A stretch of 58,832 bases of DNA from Pseudomonadota bacterium (GCA_039819185.1 JBCBSK010000001.1:1-58832), one strand, 5' to 3'; numbered from the stretch's first letter, positions 8,842-19,626 are shown. Notes: generated by a model not told the origin, from the sequence alone. Made by a program: numbers and translations.

Positions 8842-10437
8842 ATGAAACTCACTCGACGTCAATTTGTCGGCACGACCATGGCAGGCGCCATGGCGGCGCC
8901 GTTTGTGTCGCGCGTTCGAACTGCAAGTGCGTCGACATCGGTGCTGCGCGTCATTCCGCACGCGGACCTTCAGAACATCGATCCGATCTGGACCACTGCC
9001 TATATCAGCCGCAATCATGGCTACATGGTCTTCGATACGCTGTTTGCGATGGACGAAAGCCTGACGCCGCAGCCGCAGATGGTCGACACCTATGAGCGCT
9101 CGAGCGACGGTCTGACCTGGACCTTCGTTTTGCGTGACGGCCTTGAGTTCCATGACGGCGCTGCCGTGACGGCGGATGACTGTGTCGCCTCGCTGACCCG
9201 CTGGGGCGTACGCGACGGCATGGGCCAGAAGCTCTTTCAGCAGGTTGAGAGCCTCGAAGCCGCCGACGACAAGACGATCGTCATGAACCTCGCGACACCG
9301 TATGGCCTGGTTCTGGAATCGATCGGCAAGATCTCGTCGAATGTTCCGTTCATGATGCCCAAGCGGCTCGCCGAGACCGACCCCTTCGAGCAGATCCCCG
9401 ATGTCATCGGCTCCGGCCCCTACCGCTTCGTCACCGACGAGTGGCAGCCGGGCGCGCTGACCGTCTATGAGAAGTTCGAAGGCTATGTGCCGCGATCGGA
9501 GCCGGCGAATTCAGCCTCCGGCGGCAAGGTCGTCAATGTCGATCGCTGCGAGTGGATCTACACGCCTGACGCGACGACGGCGATGAATGCGCTGATCTCG
9601 GGCGAAGTGGACTATTACGAACAGGTTCCGGGCGATCTCGCGCCGATCATTGCCCAGAGCGAAGGCGTCAATGTCGAAGTGCTCGATAATCTCGGCAACC
9701 AGGGCATGCTGCGCTTCAACCATCTTCTGCCGCCGTTCGACAATCCGATGGTGCGTCGCGCGGTGCTCCAGGCGATGGACAAGACGAAGTACATGCAGGC
9801 CGCAGTCGGCAATCCCGACTTCTTCAACGACCAGTGCGACAGCTACTTCCCCTGCGGCTCGCCGCTGGAAACCGATGCCGGTCTCGACATGATCACCCCG
9901 CCGGACATTGAGCGCGCTCGCGCAACGCTCGAAGAAGCCGGCTATGACGGCACACCGGTCGTGATCATGCAGTCGACGGATATCCCGATTCTCTCTGCTA
10001 TGGCGCTTGTCACCGCCGAGACGCTGCGCGACATCGGCATGGAAGTTGACGTCCAGGCGATGGACTGGTCGACTTTGACCTCGCGCCGCGCCCTTCAGGA
10101 GCCGGTGTCTGACGGTGGCTGGAATATCTTTCACACCTGGTGGATCGGTGGCGACATCGTCAATCCGATCTCGGCCGTTGGGCTCTCCGGCGGCGGCTCG
10201 GAAGCTGCCTGGTTCGGCTGGCCGGAAGACGCTCAGATCGAAGAGTTGCGCGATGCCTTCGCCAACGAGCCCGATCCTGCAGCACAGCAAGAGCTCGGAC
10301 GGCAGATCCAGCAGCGCGCGATCGAGATCGGCACGCATGGCAACACCGGCACCTTCTTCGTGCCAGTTGGCTATCGCGACAACGTCGCTGGCCTGATCAA
10401 ATCCCCAGTCCAGTTCTTCTGGAATATCTCGGTCTGA
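8842..10437 (+). CDS. ABC transporter substrate-binding protein (family 5, peptide/opine/nickel type)
   Basis: 531 aa. GGAGG RBS; Tat-like signal MKLTRRQFVGTTMAGAMAAPFVS; followed by two permeases and a fused ATPase. Confidence 0.88.
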   Translation: MKLTRRQFVGTTMAGAMAAPFVSRVRTASASTSVLRVIPHADLQNIDPIWTTAYISRNHGYMVFDTLFAMDESLTPQPQMVDTYERSSDGLTWTFVLRDGLEFHDGAAVTADDCVASLTRWGVRDGMGQKLFQQVESLEAADDKTIVMNLATPYGLVLESIGKISSNVPFMMPKRLAETDPFEQIPDVIGSGPYRFVTDEWQPGALTVYEKFEGYVPRSEPANSASGGKVVNVDRCEWIYTPDATTAMNALISGEVDYYEQVPGDLAPIIAQSEGVNVEVLDNLGNQGMLRFNHLLPPFDNPMVRRAVLQAMDKTKYMQAAVGNPDFFNDQCDSYFPCGSPLETDAGLDMITPPDIERARATLEEAGYDGTPVVIMQSTDIPILSAMALVTAETLRDIGMEVDVQAMDWSTLTSRRALQEPVSDGGWNIFHTWWIGGDIVNPISAVGLSGGGSEAAWFGWPEDAQIEELRDAFANEPDPAAQQELGRQIQQRAIEIGTHGNTGTFFVPVGYRDNVAGLIKSPVQFFWNISV

Positions 10438-10473
10438 CCTGGACAAACCAGTTCGTCACAACAGATCACACTC

Positions 10474-10502
10474 ATCCCCCGGGGTGTCTCACCCCGGGGG
10501 AT
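10474..10502 (+). other. GC-rich intercistronic hairpin (12-bp stem, 5-nt loop)
   Basis: ATCCCCCGGGGT gtctc ACCCCGGGGGAT is a perfect 12-bp stem. It lies in the 252-bp spacer between the binding-protein gene and the first permease gene. No T-tract follows. Confidence 0.6.
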
Positions 10503-10689
10503 CACGATCCGGAGCAGAACCAAACGCTTGGCGTTGCAGAGCAGGCTCGGATGTCTGCCCATCTCCTGCTTCTAAGTGTCAGAGCCGATCATGATGGCCT
10601 GATGGCCATCTTGATCCAGAGGAGTTTTATCATGGCCATGTGCCGGACAGTATCGGCCACCCTCGTCCGCAGTAGGGGATTTTAAGCGG

Positions 10690-11634
10690 ATGTGGATGTT
10701 CATTGCCCGGCGCGTCTTGTCGACAATCCCCGTTATGGCGATTGTCGCCTTTATCATTTTCATGATGCTCAGGCTGTCGCCTGGAGATCCGGCCACCGTT
10801 ATCGCCGGCGACTATGCGAGCCCTCAGGATATCGAGCGGATTCGTGAGCAATTGGGGCTTAACGAACCGATCTTCATTCAGTTCTTCACCTGGATCGGCC
10901 AGCTTATGCGGGGCGATCTCGGCATTTCGATCTTCTCGAACCTGCCCGTTACGACGCTGATCATGCAGCGCCTAGAACCAACGCTGATGCTGGCGCTGAC
11001 GACGCTGATCTTCTCCGTCATGGTCGCAGTGCCGATGGGCGTTCTGGCGGCGTGGAAATCCGGCACCTGGATTGACCGGCTGATCATGATCTTTGCCGTT
11101 CTCGGCTTTTCGATCCCGGTCTTCGTGCTCGGCTACTTCCTCGTCTATGGCTTTTCGATCCAGCTTGGCTGGCTGCCGGTGCAGGGCTATCGCAGTCCGT
11201 TCACCGATGGTGTCGGCGCGTTCATCAGACACATTACGCTGCCGACCCTGACGCTGAGCGCGATCTACATCGCCCTGGTCGCTCGCATCACCCGCGCGAG
11301 CGTGTTGGAAGTTCTCGAAGAAGACTATATCCGCACCGCCCGCGCTAAGGGCCAGATCGAGCGTAAGGTGCTCTTGGTGCATGCGCTGAAGAACGCCGCA
11401 ATCCCCATCGTCACCGTCATCGGCCTTGGCATCGCGCTTCTGATCGGCGGCGTGGTCATAACCGAAAGCGTCTACAACATCCCAGGCCTCGGCCGGCTTG
11501 TCGTCGATGCGATCCTGAAGCGGGACTACCCGATTATCCAAGGGCTGATCCTGTTCTTCTCTTTCATCTACATCTTCCTCAATCTCGCGATCGACATCGT
11601 CTACACCTTCGTCGATCCACGTATCAGGTACTAG
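10690..11634 (+). CDS. ABC transporter permease (DppB/OppB-like)
   Basis: 314 aa: MWMFIARRVLSTIPVMAIV..., six TM segments, EAA loop region YIRTARAKG. Confidence 0.9.
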   Translation: MWMFIARRVLSTIPVMAIVAFIIFMMLRLSPGDPATVIAGDYASPQDIERIREQLGLNEPIFIQFFTWIGQLMRGDLGISIFSNLPVTTLIMQRLEPTLMLALTTLIFSVMVAVPMGVLAAWKSGTWIDRLIMIFAVLGFSIPVFVLGYFLVYGFSIQLGWLPVQGYRSPFTDGVGAFIRHITLPTLTLSAIYIALVARITRASVLEVLEEDYIRTARAKGQIERKVLLVHALKNAAIPIVTVIGLGIALLIGGVVITESVYNIPGLGRLVVDAILKRDYPIIQGLILFFSFIYIFLNLAIDIVYTFVDPRIRY

Positions 11635-11637
11635 ACC

Positions 11638-12537
11638 ATGGCCGACGTCACAGATCGTGCAGAGCTCGGCCCCGTCGCCAAGGCGCGATCCTGGCGACGC
11701 GATTTCGTCGCCCGTTATCCGGTTGCCTTCGTCGGCGCCGTGATCCTGGTTGTCATGCTGTTCGCAGCCGTCGCGGCCCCAGTCATCGCCCCAATCGAGC
11801 CGACACAGCTGACCCCAGCCGACCGGTTGACCGCGCCGGGCGCAGAGTCCCTGTCCGGCAACACCTATCTCTTCGGGACCGACATGTTCGGCCGCGATGT
11901 CTGGAGCCGCACGGTCTATGGCGCGCGCGTCTCGCTCATCGTCGGGGTCACGGTCGCGGTGCTTGCCGTCGTCGTCGGCCTTTTTGTCGGCCTGATATCA
12001 GGCTATATCCGTTGGCTCGACAGCATCGTCATGCGAGTCATGGACGGGCTGATGGCGATCCCCGGCATCCTGCTGGCCATCGCGCTTGTGTCGCTATCGG
12101 GTGCGTCGCTGACCACCGTGATCGTCGCGATCACGATCCCCGAGATCCCCAGGGTGGTCCGATTGGTGCGTTCCGTGGTCTTAAGCGTGCGCGAGGAGCC
12201 CTATGTCGAGGCCGCTGTGTCGATCGGCACACCCTTGCCACTGATCCTGTGGCGCCATGTCCTGCCCAACACGATCCCGCCGCTGATCGTACAGGCGACC
12301 TATGTCTGTGCGTCCGCGATGCTGCTCGAAGCGCTTCTGTCCTTCCTCGGCGCCGGCACGCCGCCGGAAATCCCGAGCTGGGGCAATATGATGGCCGAGG
12401 CGCGCCTGTTCTTCCAGTTGGCACCGTGGATCATCTTCTTCCCCGGCATCGCGCTGGCGTTGACGATCCTTGCCGTGAACGTGCTCGGCGACGCCTTGCG
12501 CGACCGGCTCGATCCCAAGCTTGCCCGCCGCATCTGA
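11638..12537 (+). CDS. ABC transporter permease (DppC/OppC-like)
   Basis: 299 aa, starting 4 bp after the previous stop; permease signature region EPYVEAAVSIG. Confidence 0.9.
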   Translation: MADVTDRAELGPVAKARSWRRDFVARYPVAFVGAVILVVMLFAAVAAPVIAPIEPTQLTPADRLTAPGAESLSGNTYLFGTDMFGRDVWSRTVYGARVSLIVGVTVAVLAVVVGLFVGLISGYIRWLDSIVMRVMDGLMAIPGILLAIALVSLSGASLTTVIVAITIPEIPRVVRLVRSVVLSVREEPYVEAAVSIGTPLPLILWRHVLPNTIPPLIVQATYVCASAMLLEALLSFLGAGTPPEIPSWGNMMAEARLFFQLAPWIIFFPGIALALTILAVNVLGDALRDRLDPKLARRI

Positions 12538-12543
12538 GGACTG

Positions 12544-14190
12544 ATGGCAATGGACGTGAAAACGCCGCATGAACAGGTTCTCGATGTCCGGGGCCTCACG
12601 GTTCGCCTGCCGGACGGAGCTGACAGGCGCAACGCGGTTGAGGACATTTCGCTGAAGGTAGCGCGTGAGGAGATCGTCTGTATTGTCGGCGAGTCCGGCT
12701 CCGGAAAGTCGGTCACCGCGTTCACCTGCATGGGCTTGTTGCCGAAAAAGCAGTTGCAGCCAACCGCTGGCGAAATCCTGTTTGACGGCGACGATCTTCT
12801 GAAGAAGACCGAGCCCGAAATGCGCGATCTGCGCGGTGCAAGGCTGTCGATGATCTTCCAGGAACCGATGACCGCACTGAACCCGGTCATGAAGGTCGGT
12901 CAACAGATCGAGGAAGTCCTCAAGGTCCACTCCAGCATGGGGTCGCGCGAGCGGGCGGAGCGTGTCGTCGAGATAATGGATCTCGTCCATCTCCCCGATC
13001 CAGCCTCCATGGCGGATGCTTATCCGCATCAGCTCTCAGGCGGGCAGCGCCAGCGCATCATGATCGCCTCGGCGCTGGTGCTCGATCCAGCGCTTCTGAT
13101 CGCCGACGAGCCGACGACTGCGCTCGATGTCACGACGCAAAAACAGATCCTCAAGCTCGTGCGCGAGATGATGGAGCGCCGCAAGACCGGCGTTTTGTTC
13201 ATTACGCATGACTTTGGCGTCGTCGCCGAGATCGCCGATCGCGTCGTTGTCATGCAGAACGGGCGCATCGTCGAGAGCGGCACCGCCGAAGAGGTGCTGC
13301 GCCGGCCGACCGCGCGCTATACTCAGATGCTGATCCGCTCGGTTCCAAGCATGCATCCACCCGAACGGACGCCGGACCTGACGCAACCGATCGCTCTTGA
13401 GACAGACGATCTCAACAAGACCTATGGCGCGACAGGCTTCCTCTCCGGCGGCCGCGTCGTCAAAGCCGCAAGCGATGTCAATTTAACAGTTCGGCGTGGC
13501 GAAACGCTGGGCATTGTCGGCGAGTCAGGCTCAGGCAAGTCGACGGTGGCGCGCTGCGTGGTTCGTCTCGTCGATCCAACGTCTGGCGAAATCCGCATTC
13601 ATGGCGCCGACGTCGCGAGTCTGTCGCCGCGGGCGCTCAGGCCGCACCGCAAGAAGGTGCAGATCGTCTTCCAAGACCCCTATCGATCGCTCAATCCACG
13701 CCGCACCGTGGGCGCTTCGATCATCGAAGGGCCGATGAACTTCGGCATGTCGCAGAAAGATGCTGTCGCCAAAGCGCGTGATCTGATGGGGCTTGTCGGG
13801 CTCGATCCCGACGCCATTGAACGGTATCCGCACCAATTCTCAGGCGGGCAGCGTCAGCGCATCTGTATCGCCCGGGCGCTTGCCATGGAGCCGGAAGTGC
13901 TGATCGCGGATGAAGCCGTCTCGGCGCTTGATGTTTCGGTTCAGGCGCAGGTCCTCGACCTGATCGATGATGTGCGTCAGAAGTTCAATCTCGCGGTCCT
14001 GTTCATCACCCATGATCTCAGGGTCGCGGCCCAGATCTGCGATCGCATCGCGGTGATGTATCGCGGCGAAGTGGTCGAGGAAGGATCGACACATACAGTG
14101 TTCGGTGATCCACAGCACGATTACACCAAGATGCTGTTTGACGCAGCACCCGGCCGTGGCTTCGACTTCGGCGCCTTCGAGACCGCTTGA
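12544..14190 (+). CDS. ABC transporter ATP-binding protein, duplicated ATPase domains (DppD/DppF fusion type)
   Basis: 548 aa with two Walker A motifs (GESGSGKS twice), two signature motifs ([16 protein letters not shown]) and two Walker B motifs. Confidence 0.92.
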   Translation: MAMDVKTPHEQVLDVRGLTVRLPDGADRRNAVEDISLKVAREEIVCIVGESGSGKSVTAFTCMGLLPKKQLQPTAGEILFDGDDLLKKTEPEMRDLRGARLSMIFQEPMTALNPVMKVGQQIEEVLKVHSSMGSRERAERVVEIMDLVHLPDPASMADAYPHQLSGGQRQRIMIASALVLDPALLIADEPTTALDVTTQKQILKLVREMMERRKTGVLFITHDFGVVAEIADRVVVMQNGRIVESGTAEEVLRRPTARYTQMLIRSVPSMHPPERTPDLTQPIALETDDLNKTYGATGFLSGGRVVKAASDVNLTVRRGETLGIVGESGSGKSTVARCVVRLVDPTSGEIRIHGADVASLSPRALRPHRKKVQIVFQDPYRSLNPRRTVGASIIEGPMNFGMSQKDAVAKARDLMGLVGLDPDAIERYPHQFSGGQRQRICIARALAMEPEVLIADEAVSALDVSVQAQVLDLIDDVRQKFNLAVLFITHDLRVAAQICDRIAVMYRGEVVEEGSTHTVFGDPQHDYTKMLFDAAPGRGFDFGAFETA

Positions 14191-14285
14191 CACGCCCGCC
14201 AAACCGACCTTTCAACGTTCTCCGCCTTGCCGTAGCCACGCGCCGGCGCCACTCTGTCGCAGGGGCGCCGATTCGGAGAACGGAA

Positions 14286-14630
14286 ATGCAGCACTGGGCT
14301 TTGTGGTCTGTCATTGGGGCGCTGACCCTTGTGCCTGTACAAGTAGGCGCCAGTGACACGGTGCCGGAGCTGACCGGCCGTCAGATCGCCGAGGGTCTGT
14401 GTGCGGAATGCCATTCGATCGAGCGGACCGGCGATAGTCCCAACACAGGGGCTCCCCCCTTGCGAACGCTGGAACAAAAGTGGCCGCTTGAATTCCTTGA
14501 GGAAGCGCTGGCCGAGGGCATCGTCGTCGGCCATGGCGGGGCGGAGATGCCGGAATACACCCTGGAAGCGCATGAGATCGGCGCCCTTCTCGGCTATCTT
14601 GAGACGATTCAGGTTCCCGCGACGGAGTGA
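14286..14630 (+). CDS. c-type cytochrome (small, secreted)
   Basis: ORF 14187..14630. ATG at 14286 gives signal peptide MQHWALWSVIGALTLVPVQVGA. Single heme motif CAECH; distal Met candidate in GGAEMP. Confidence 0.8.
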   Translation: MQHWALWSVIGALTLVPVQVGASDTVPELTGRQIAEGLCAECHSIERTGDSPNTGAPPLRTLEQKWPLEFLEEALAEGIVVGHGGAEMPEYTLEAHEIGALLGYLETIQVPATE

Positions 14631-14635
14631 CCGCA

Positions 14636-15124
14636 ATGTCCGCCTCCGCTCATCTCTATATGCGTGATGCGGCCGAATTCTCATCGGACGGGCGCCAGTC
14701 CGAGACAGCACTCGCCATTCGCCGCGGCACGCAACGGCTTCTCTCAGGACTCGGTTATGCCGCGGTCGCGGAAGCAACACTTGCCAATGGCCGACGCGCC
14801 GATCTGGCAGCTATCGGCCCGCACGGGGAAATCTGGATCATCGAGATCAAATCGAGTGCGGCTGATCTTGCAGCAGACGGTAAGTGGCCGGACTACGAAC
14901 CCTATTGCGACCGGCTGTCGTTTGCCACCTTGCCAGCGCTGTGCGATTTGCCGTTCCCGGAACAGGCCGGGCTGATCGCAGCGGATGCCCATGGCGGCGA
15001 GGAGTTGCGCTCACCCAGCACGCATCCGCTCAGTGCTGCGCGGCGCAAGGCGATGCTGATTCGGTTGTCGATGCACGCGGCACGACGCTTGTCGGCACTT
15101 GAAGACCCACTTGCGGGGTTTTAA
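14636..15124 (+). CDS. MmcB family DNA repair protein
   Basis: DGRQSETALAIRRG ... GRRADLAAIGPHGEIWIIEIKSSAADLAADGKWPDYEPYCDRLSFA matches the MmcB family pattern. Start is either ATG 14636 or GTG 14627, which overlaps the cytochrome stop. Confidence 0.8.
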   Translation: MSASAHLYMRDAAEFSSDGRQSETALAIRRGTQRLLSGLGYAAVAEATLANGRRADLAAIGPHGEIWIIEIKSSAADLAADGKWPDYEPYCDRLSFATLPALCDLPFPEQAGLIAADAHGGEELRSPSTHPLSAARRKAMLIRLSMHAARRLSALEDPLAGF

Positions 15125-15138
15125 CGTCGCTACGGGGG

Positions 15139-16512
15139 TTAGTTCTGCTCCGCAGAAGCCAGTTCCCCGTCCTCACCGAGATAGCCTGACCAGGCGAACC
15201 AATAAGCGATGTGGCCGGGCAAACGGGCGAGTTCGGTGCCATCGGGTCCGACAAGCGCTTCTTCAGTCACGGTCCAGGTCTCACCCTCGCTTAGCAGCGT
15301 CGACAGATCCTCGCCCTTATCGAAATCACGTTCATCGGCGCGATAGGCACGCACGGTGCGGATCGAGGTGTCCCCGATCAGTACAATGTCGAGCACGCCA
15401 GCCCGATCATTGATCACCTGACCATCCCGAAAATCCGTCAACCGCCAGGCTTTTTCGGTACCGCTCGACCTGAGTGCGAACACATAGTCCTTCGGTTCGA
15501 GTGCTTGATCTTCGACGAGCGCCGGGAACATCAGGTTCGGACTGGCAAAGTATCTGCCATAGGGCCGGCCAGGCGTGTAGTCGCGCGCATAACCGGTGTC
15601 GAGCGACAGCACCTGGGTGTCGGGATGCTTCTCGCGCCACTCTTCCCACGTCGTGATGACGACAGGCCTGGTGTTCAGCTCGATGCCAGAACCGGTCAGC
15701 GTGCCGACGACGGGCTCGCCGGTGAACTGGTTCCATAGCGAGTGGGTCTCGGTGTCATACATCAGCTTGTTGGAGCGGTAGAGAAACCCGGACGACCCGA
15801 AGACAAATGGCGTGTCGCGACCTTCGACCGTCGTTTCGAACAGTATCCCTGAGCCACACAGCGTACAATAGGCGAGGCTGACCGGCACGCCCCCGATCAC
15901 GTCGTTGAACATTTCGTGCCAGTCCATGATGCGCAACGGATAAGCCCGCACATCGCCATTGATCGACACGCCGAAGACCAACTCGCTATCCCGGACATAG
16001 TCGGCCTCGTCAGCAGGGATTAGCTCGGGATTGGTCAGCGCCGGGATGCCGTCCTTGATGACACCGCCCCAGGCGATTTCCTCGATGCGGATGTCATGCG
16101 CGACGTCGCGATACAGAAACAAGCCGAAATTCGGATCGATCTGGCGGTAGACGCGGGCCTTGAACTCCTCGAACCCTTCGAACGGTTCGATCTGTGGGTT
16201 GGCCTGCTGCCACAGCATCCAGGTGTGCCAATTGTACGCGGCCGCTTCACCGGTCAGTTCGGTGAGCGTCTCCATGGCAAGTTCCAGTTGAGGGCCGCGC
16301 AGGAACCGCGTCGTCTGAATGAGGCCCGGCACGGCACTGACATCGCCAAGGTCACGGATGCGTTCAAGCGCGTCCATGCGTTGCGTGCCGTTGCCGTTTA
16401 AAACCTGCAGGAAGTCTTCTGTCAGATCGGTTTCAACCGCTGGCTCGCTTGCCAGCACTGAACCCGTTATCATCAGCGACACACCAAGCGCCAAAACGCT
16501 CCTGACACCCAT
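15139..16512 (-). CDS. DUF3179 domain-containing protein, secreted
   Basis: 457 aa. Signal peptide MGVRSVLALGVSLMITGSVLA; core VFGVSINGDVRAYPLRIMDWHEMFNDVIGGVPVSLAYCTLCGSGILF is typical of DUF3179. Confidence 0.8.
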   Translation of the reverse strand: MGVRSVLALGVSLMITGSVLASEPAVETDLTEDFLQVLNGNGTQRMDALERIRDLGDVSAVPGLIQTTRFLRGPQLELAMETLTELTGEAAAYNWHTWMLWQQANPQIEPFEGFEEFKARVYRQIDPNFGLFLYRDVAHDIRIEEIAWGGVIKDGIPALTNPELIPADEADYVRDSELVFGVSINGDVRAYPLRIMDWHEMFNDVIGGVPVSLAYCTLCGSGILFETTVEGRDTPFVFGSSGFLYRSNKLMYDTETHSLWNQFTGEPVVGTLTGSGIELNTRPVVITTWEEWREKHPDTQVLSLDTGYARDYTPGRPYGRYFASPNLMFPALVEDQALEPKDYVFALRSSGTEKAWRLTDFRDGQVINDRAGVLDIVLIGDTSIRTVRAYRADERDFDKGEDLSTLLSEGETWTVTEEALVGPDGTELARLPGHIAYWFAWSGYLGEDGELASAEQN

Positions 16513-16651
16513 TCAGGCCTCCCTTGCCCCGCATGTTTTACAATGTTCCCCGACGGAAACTCATGCATGACGGGTTCTGGGAGGCCAGACACGACGGGTC
16601 ACATCTGCGTAGGACAGCCCCTCTCAACGCCAGCGAAACGGCGATGCCGAG

Positions 16652-17239
16652 TTAGCGCGGTGCGCGCTTGGCCAGGATGCGCTGTAGGGTGCGGCGGTGC
16701 ATGTTGAGCCGGCGCGCGGTCTCGGAGACATTGCGTTCACATTGCTCGTAAACGCGTTGAATATGCTCCCAGCGCACCCGATCCGCCGACATTGGGTTTT
16801 CCGGTGGTTCGGGCAGGCTCTCACCGGTCGCTGTGAGGGCGGCAAAAATGTCATCGGCATCGGCAGGCTTGGCGAGATAATCAACCGCGCCGAGCTTCAC
16901 GGCGGTAACGGCCGTCGCGATATTGCCATAGCCGGTCAACACAACCGCACGGCATTCGGGCCGCACCGTCTTGAGCCGCTGCACGACGGTCAATCCGTTT
17001 CCGTCCTCAAGCCGCATATCGACGACCGCGTAGGCCGGCGCTTCGATCTGCACCTGGCGCAGTCCCTCCGCAACGCTCTCGCAAACCGCGACTGAAAAGC
17101 CGCGGCGTTCCATGGCCCGCGCGAGCCGCTGAACGAAGGGACGGTCATCGTCCAGGATCAGCAGCGATGTGTCACCGTCAGGACCGATCTGCACCGGATC
17201 TCCATCCGTCTGCGGGGCTGTTTCGAAGGTCATTGACAT
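16652..17239 (-). CDS. actR: Redox/acid-responsive response regulator ActR (RegA/PrrA family)
   Basis: 195 aa from ATG 17239 (MSMTFETAPQ...). Receiver domain LLILDDD...AVVDMRLEDGNG. Highly conserved C-terminal HTH NVSETARRLNMHRRTLQRILAKRAPR. The longer track ORF (to 17740) overlaps actS and is rejected. Confidence 0.92.
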   Translation of the reverse strand: MSMTFETAPQTDGDPVQIGPDGDTSLLILDDDRPFVQRLARAMERRGFSVAVCESVAEGLRQVQIEAPAYAVVDMRLEDGNGLTVVQRLKTVRPECRAVVLTGYGNIATAVTAVKLGAVDYLAKPADADDIFAALTATGESLPEPPENPMSADRVRWEHIQRVYEQCERNVSETARRLNMHRRTLQRILAKRAPR

Positions 17240-17285
17240 GGAAACCTCTTTGCAAGTCATCCAACACGGCGTCGCGCAATACCTG

Positions 17286-18701
17286 TTAGAGCGCTGGCTC
17301 CGCAGTTCCCGGCCGAGAACGGTCCTCGGAATCCGATAGCGGAGGACTCGTGTCCATCTGTCCCATATTACGCATATGGAACGTTGCGGGATTTGTCCCA
17401 GTCTCGAAGGAGCGGCGCGGCCAGACGACCAAGATTCGAGCGCCGCTTGCCGGCTTCTTGCGGTTATCGAAGGAGACGCGCGCGCCGGAGCGTTCCAGAA
17501 GCGTCTTGGCAATAAACACGCCCAGCCCAAGCCCGGCATCGTCCGGCCCGCGCCCCGACCGGCCCGCACTCTGACGCCGCGTGACAAAGGGTTCCCCGAG
17601 CCGCTCGAACACTTCAGCCGAAAAGCCGGGACCATCATCGAGGATTTCGATGACGACATCGCTCTCGGTCCACGCCGCGCGTACCAGAGCTTGTGAGCGG
17701 GCGAAATCGACTGCGTTTTCGACCAGATTGCCGAGCCCATAGAGCATGCCCGGACTGCGCCGGCCGATCGGTTCAGGACCTGAACCTTCGCCTTTCAAAT
17801 TGATTTCTATGCCAAAATTGCGATGTGGGGCCGCAATCTCCTCGATCAGACCGGTCACCGGAAGATCTTGCAGCATGTCGTTGGGATCGTCTCCGAGCGA
17901 GCCGATCTTGCGCAGAATCTGTCGGCAGCGGGCGACCTCACTCTGAATCAGGCGCACATCATCGCCGAGCGGCGTTCCAGCCTCGGTATCACGGACGATC
18001 TCCTTGGCGACAAGCGCGATCGTGCCGAGCGGTGTGCCAAGTTCATGAGCGGCCGCGGCGGCCAGTCCGTCGATTGCGCTGAGATGCTGTTCGCGGGTCA
18101 GAACAAGCTCCGTCGCGGCCAGAGCGTCGGCGAGCTGGCGCGCCTCTTCGGCAACGCGCCAGACATAGAGCGACATGAACGCGACCGAAGACACGATCGC
18201 GACCCAGACTCCTGCGACATAGAGCCGCGGCAGATCGAAGTTCTGATCGGGCCACCATGGCAACGGCTGATACCAGAACGCCAGTGCGGTGACAGGCATC
18301 ACGGCGACACAACCAAGCATAATCGTGTTGCGCGGCGGCAGAATGCCAGCCGCGATCAGCACCGGCACGACAATTAGAAACGCGAAAGGATTGGTAAGCC
18401 CGCCGGTTAGCGCCAGAAGGGCTGCAAGCTGCAACACATCATAGGTCAGATAGGCCATCGCCGAGCGAATCGACAGCCGGTGTGTCATAGGAAACCGCAC
18501 GGTCAAAACGATGTTGAGACAGGCGGAGCACAGAACGATCGCAAGACAAGCGGCGATTGGAACAGGAAAGCCAAGAACGTCGTTGACCCACAGCAGCGTG
18601 ATGGTTTGCCCGGCGACCGCGATCCAGCGCAGACGGATCAGCGTCTGAAGGCGGATTTGCCGGACATTCGGATCGCGCTGGAAAGGCAGAGTGTTGGTCA
18701 T
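17286..18701 (-). CDS. actS: Sensor histidine kinase ActS (RegB/PrrB family)
   Basis: 471 aa, six N-terminal TM helices. H-box AAAAHELGTPLGTI; redox-box-like region GNLVENAVDF; G-box GLGLGVFIAKTLLE. Directly upstream of actR. Confidence 0.9.
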   Translation of the reverse strand: MTNTLPFQRDPNVRQIRLQTLIRLRWIAVAGQTITLLWVNDVLGFPVPIAACLAIVLCSACLNIVLTVRFPMTHRLSIRSAMAYLTYDVLQLAALLALTGGLTNPFAFLIVVPVLIAAGILPPRNTIMLGCVAVMPVTALAFWYQPLPWWPDQNFDLPRLYVAGVWVAIVSSVAFMSLYVWRVAEEARQLADALAATELVLTREQHLSAIDGLAAAAAHELGTPLGTIALVAKEIVRDTEAGTPLGDDVRLIQSEVARCRQILRKIGSLGDDPNDMLQDLPVTGLIEEIAAPHRNFGIEINLKGEGSGPEPIGRRSPGMLYGLGNLVENAVDFARSQALVRAAWTESDVVIEILDDGPGFSAEVFERLGEPFVTRRQSAGRSGRGPDDAGLGLGVFIAKTLLERSGARVSFDNRKKPASGARILVVWPRRSFETGTNPATFHMRNMGQMDTSPPLSDSEDRSRPGTAEPAL

Positions 18702-18852
18702 CAGCGTTGCAATTCACGTTGCTGCGGCACAATCAGACCTTACAAGGCCGCATAGCCCATCCCACCGCACCGGCCCGGGCATGACGAAACCGAGGAGCCG
18801 CCATCTCGCGGCACAGGTCCGTGTCGAGGCGAAAGCGTATAGCATCACCGTC

Positions 18853-19626
18853 ATGTCTAAACCTGCCGCCATATCCGTCTCGTCTCTCAACAAGAGCTAC
18901 GGCCCCGTCACCGCAGTCGATCATATCAGCTTTGACATCGTGGCTGGGTCGATAACTGGGCTGCTCGGCGGCAATGGTGCCGGCAAGACGACCACGATTG
19001 CCATGATCATGGGGCTCGTCCTGCCGACGGGCGGCGCGATCACGGTGCTTGGCCATGACATGCTGCGCGAGCGCTATCGCGTGCTGCACCGGATGAATTT
19101 CGAAAGCCCCTATGTCGAAATGCCACTCAGGCTCACCGTTCGCCAGAACCTGACTGTCTTTGGCCGGCTTTACGGCCTCACCAGTCTCAGGGAGCGTATT
19201 GCAGACATCGCTCGTGCGCTTGGGCTTGAACACCTGCTCGACCGGCCGACCGGCAAGTTGTCAGCGGGGCAGAAGACAAGAGTGAGCCTTGCCAAGGCAT
19301 TGATCAACGAGCCGGACCTTCTGCTGCTTGACGAGCCGACCGCATCGCTCGACCCAGATACCGCCGACTGGGTGCGTAATCATCTGATGGACTATCGTGA
19401 CCGCAACGACGCGACCATCCTTCTTGCCTCGCACAACATGCCCGAGGTCGAACGTATGTGCTCTCGTGTTCTGATGATGCAGAGCGGCAAGGTGGTGGAT
19501 GACGGTTCGCCGGCTGATCTTCTGGCGAAATATGGCCGCGCGACCCTTGAAGATGTGTTCCTGGACGTCGCCCGCAACCGGCAGGCAAGTGTCGTCGACA
19601 TGTCCCAAGACGAGGCGGCGCAATGA
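18853..19626 (+). CDS. ABC transporter ATP-binding protein (ABC-2 exporter type)
   Basis: ATG at 18853 (MSKPAAISVSSLNKSYG...). Walker A GGNGAGKTT, signature LSAGQKTR, Walker B LLLLDEP. Its stop overlaps the next gene. Confidence 0.9.
   Translation: MSKPAAISVSSLNKSYGPVTAVDHISFDIVAGSITGLLGGNGAGKTTTIAMIMGLVLPTGGAITVLGHDMLRERYRVLHRMNFESPYVEMPLRLTVRQNLTVFGRLYGLTSLRERIADIARALGLEHLLDRPTGKLSAGQKTRVSLAKALINEPDLLLLDEPTASLDPDTADWVRNHLMDYRDRNDATILLASHNMPEVERMCSRVLMMQSGKVVDDGSPADLLAKYGRATLEDVFLDVARNRQASVVDMSQDEAAQ

Noticed and set aside
17240-17740. The 5' extension of the actR ORF (track ORF 16652..17740, 362 aa).
   Set aside because: The extension overlaps the 3' end of actS by about 450 bp and translates to Arg/Ser/Pro-rich sequence. 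The conserved RegA/ActR protein starts at MSMTFE (17239).
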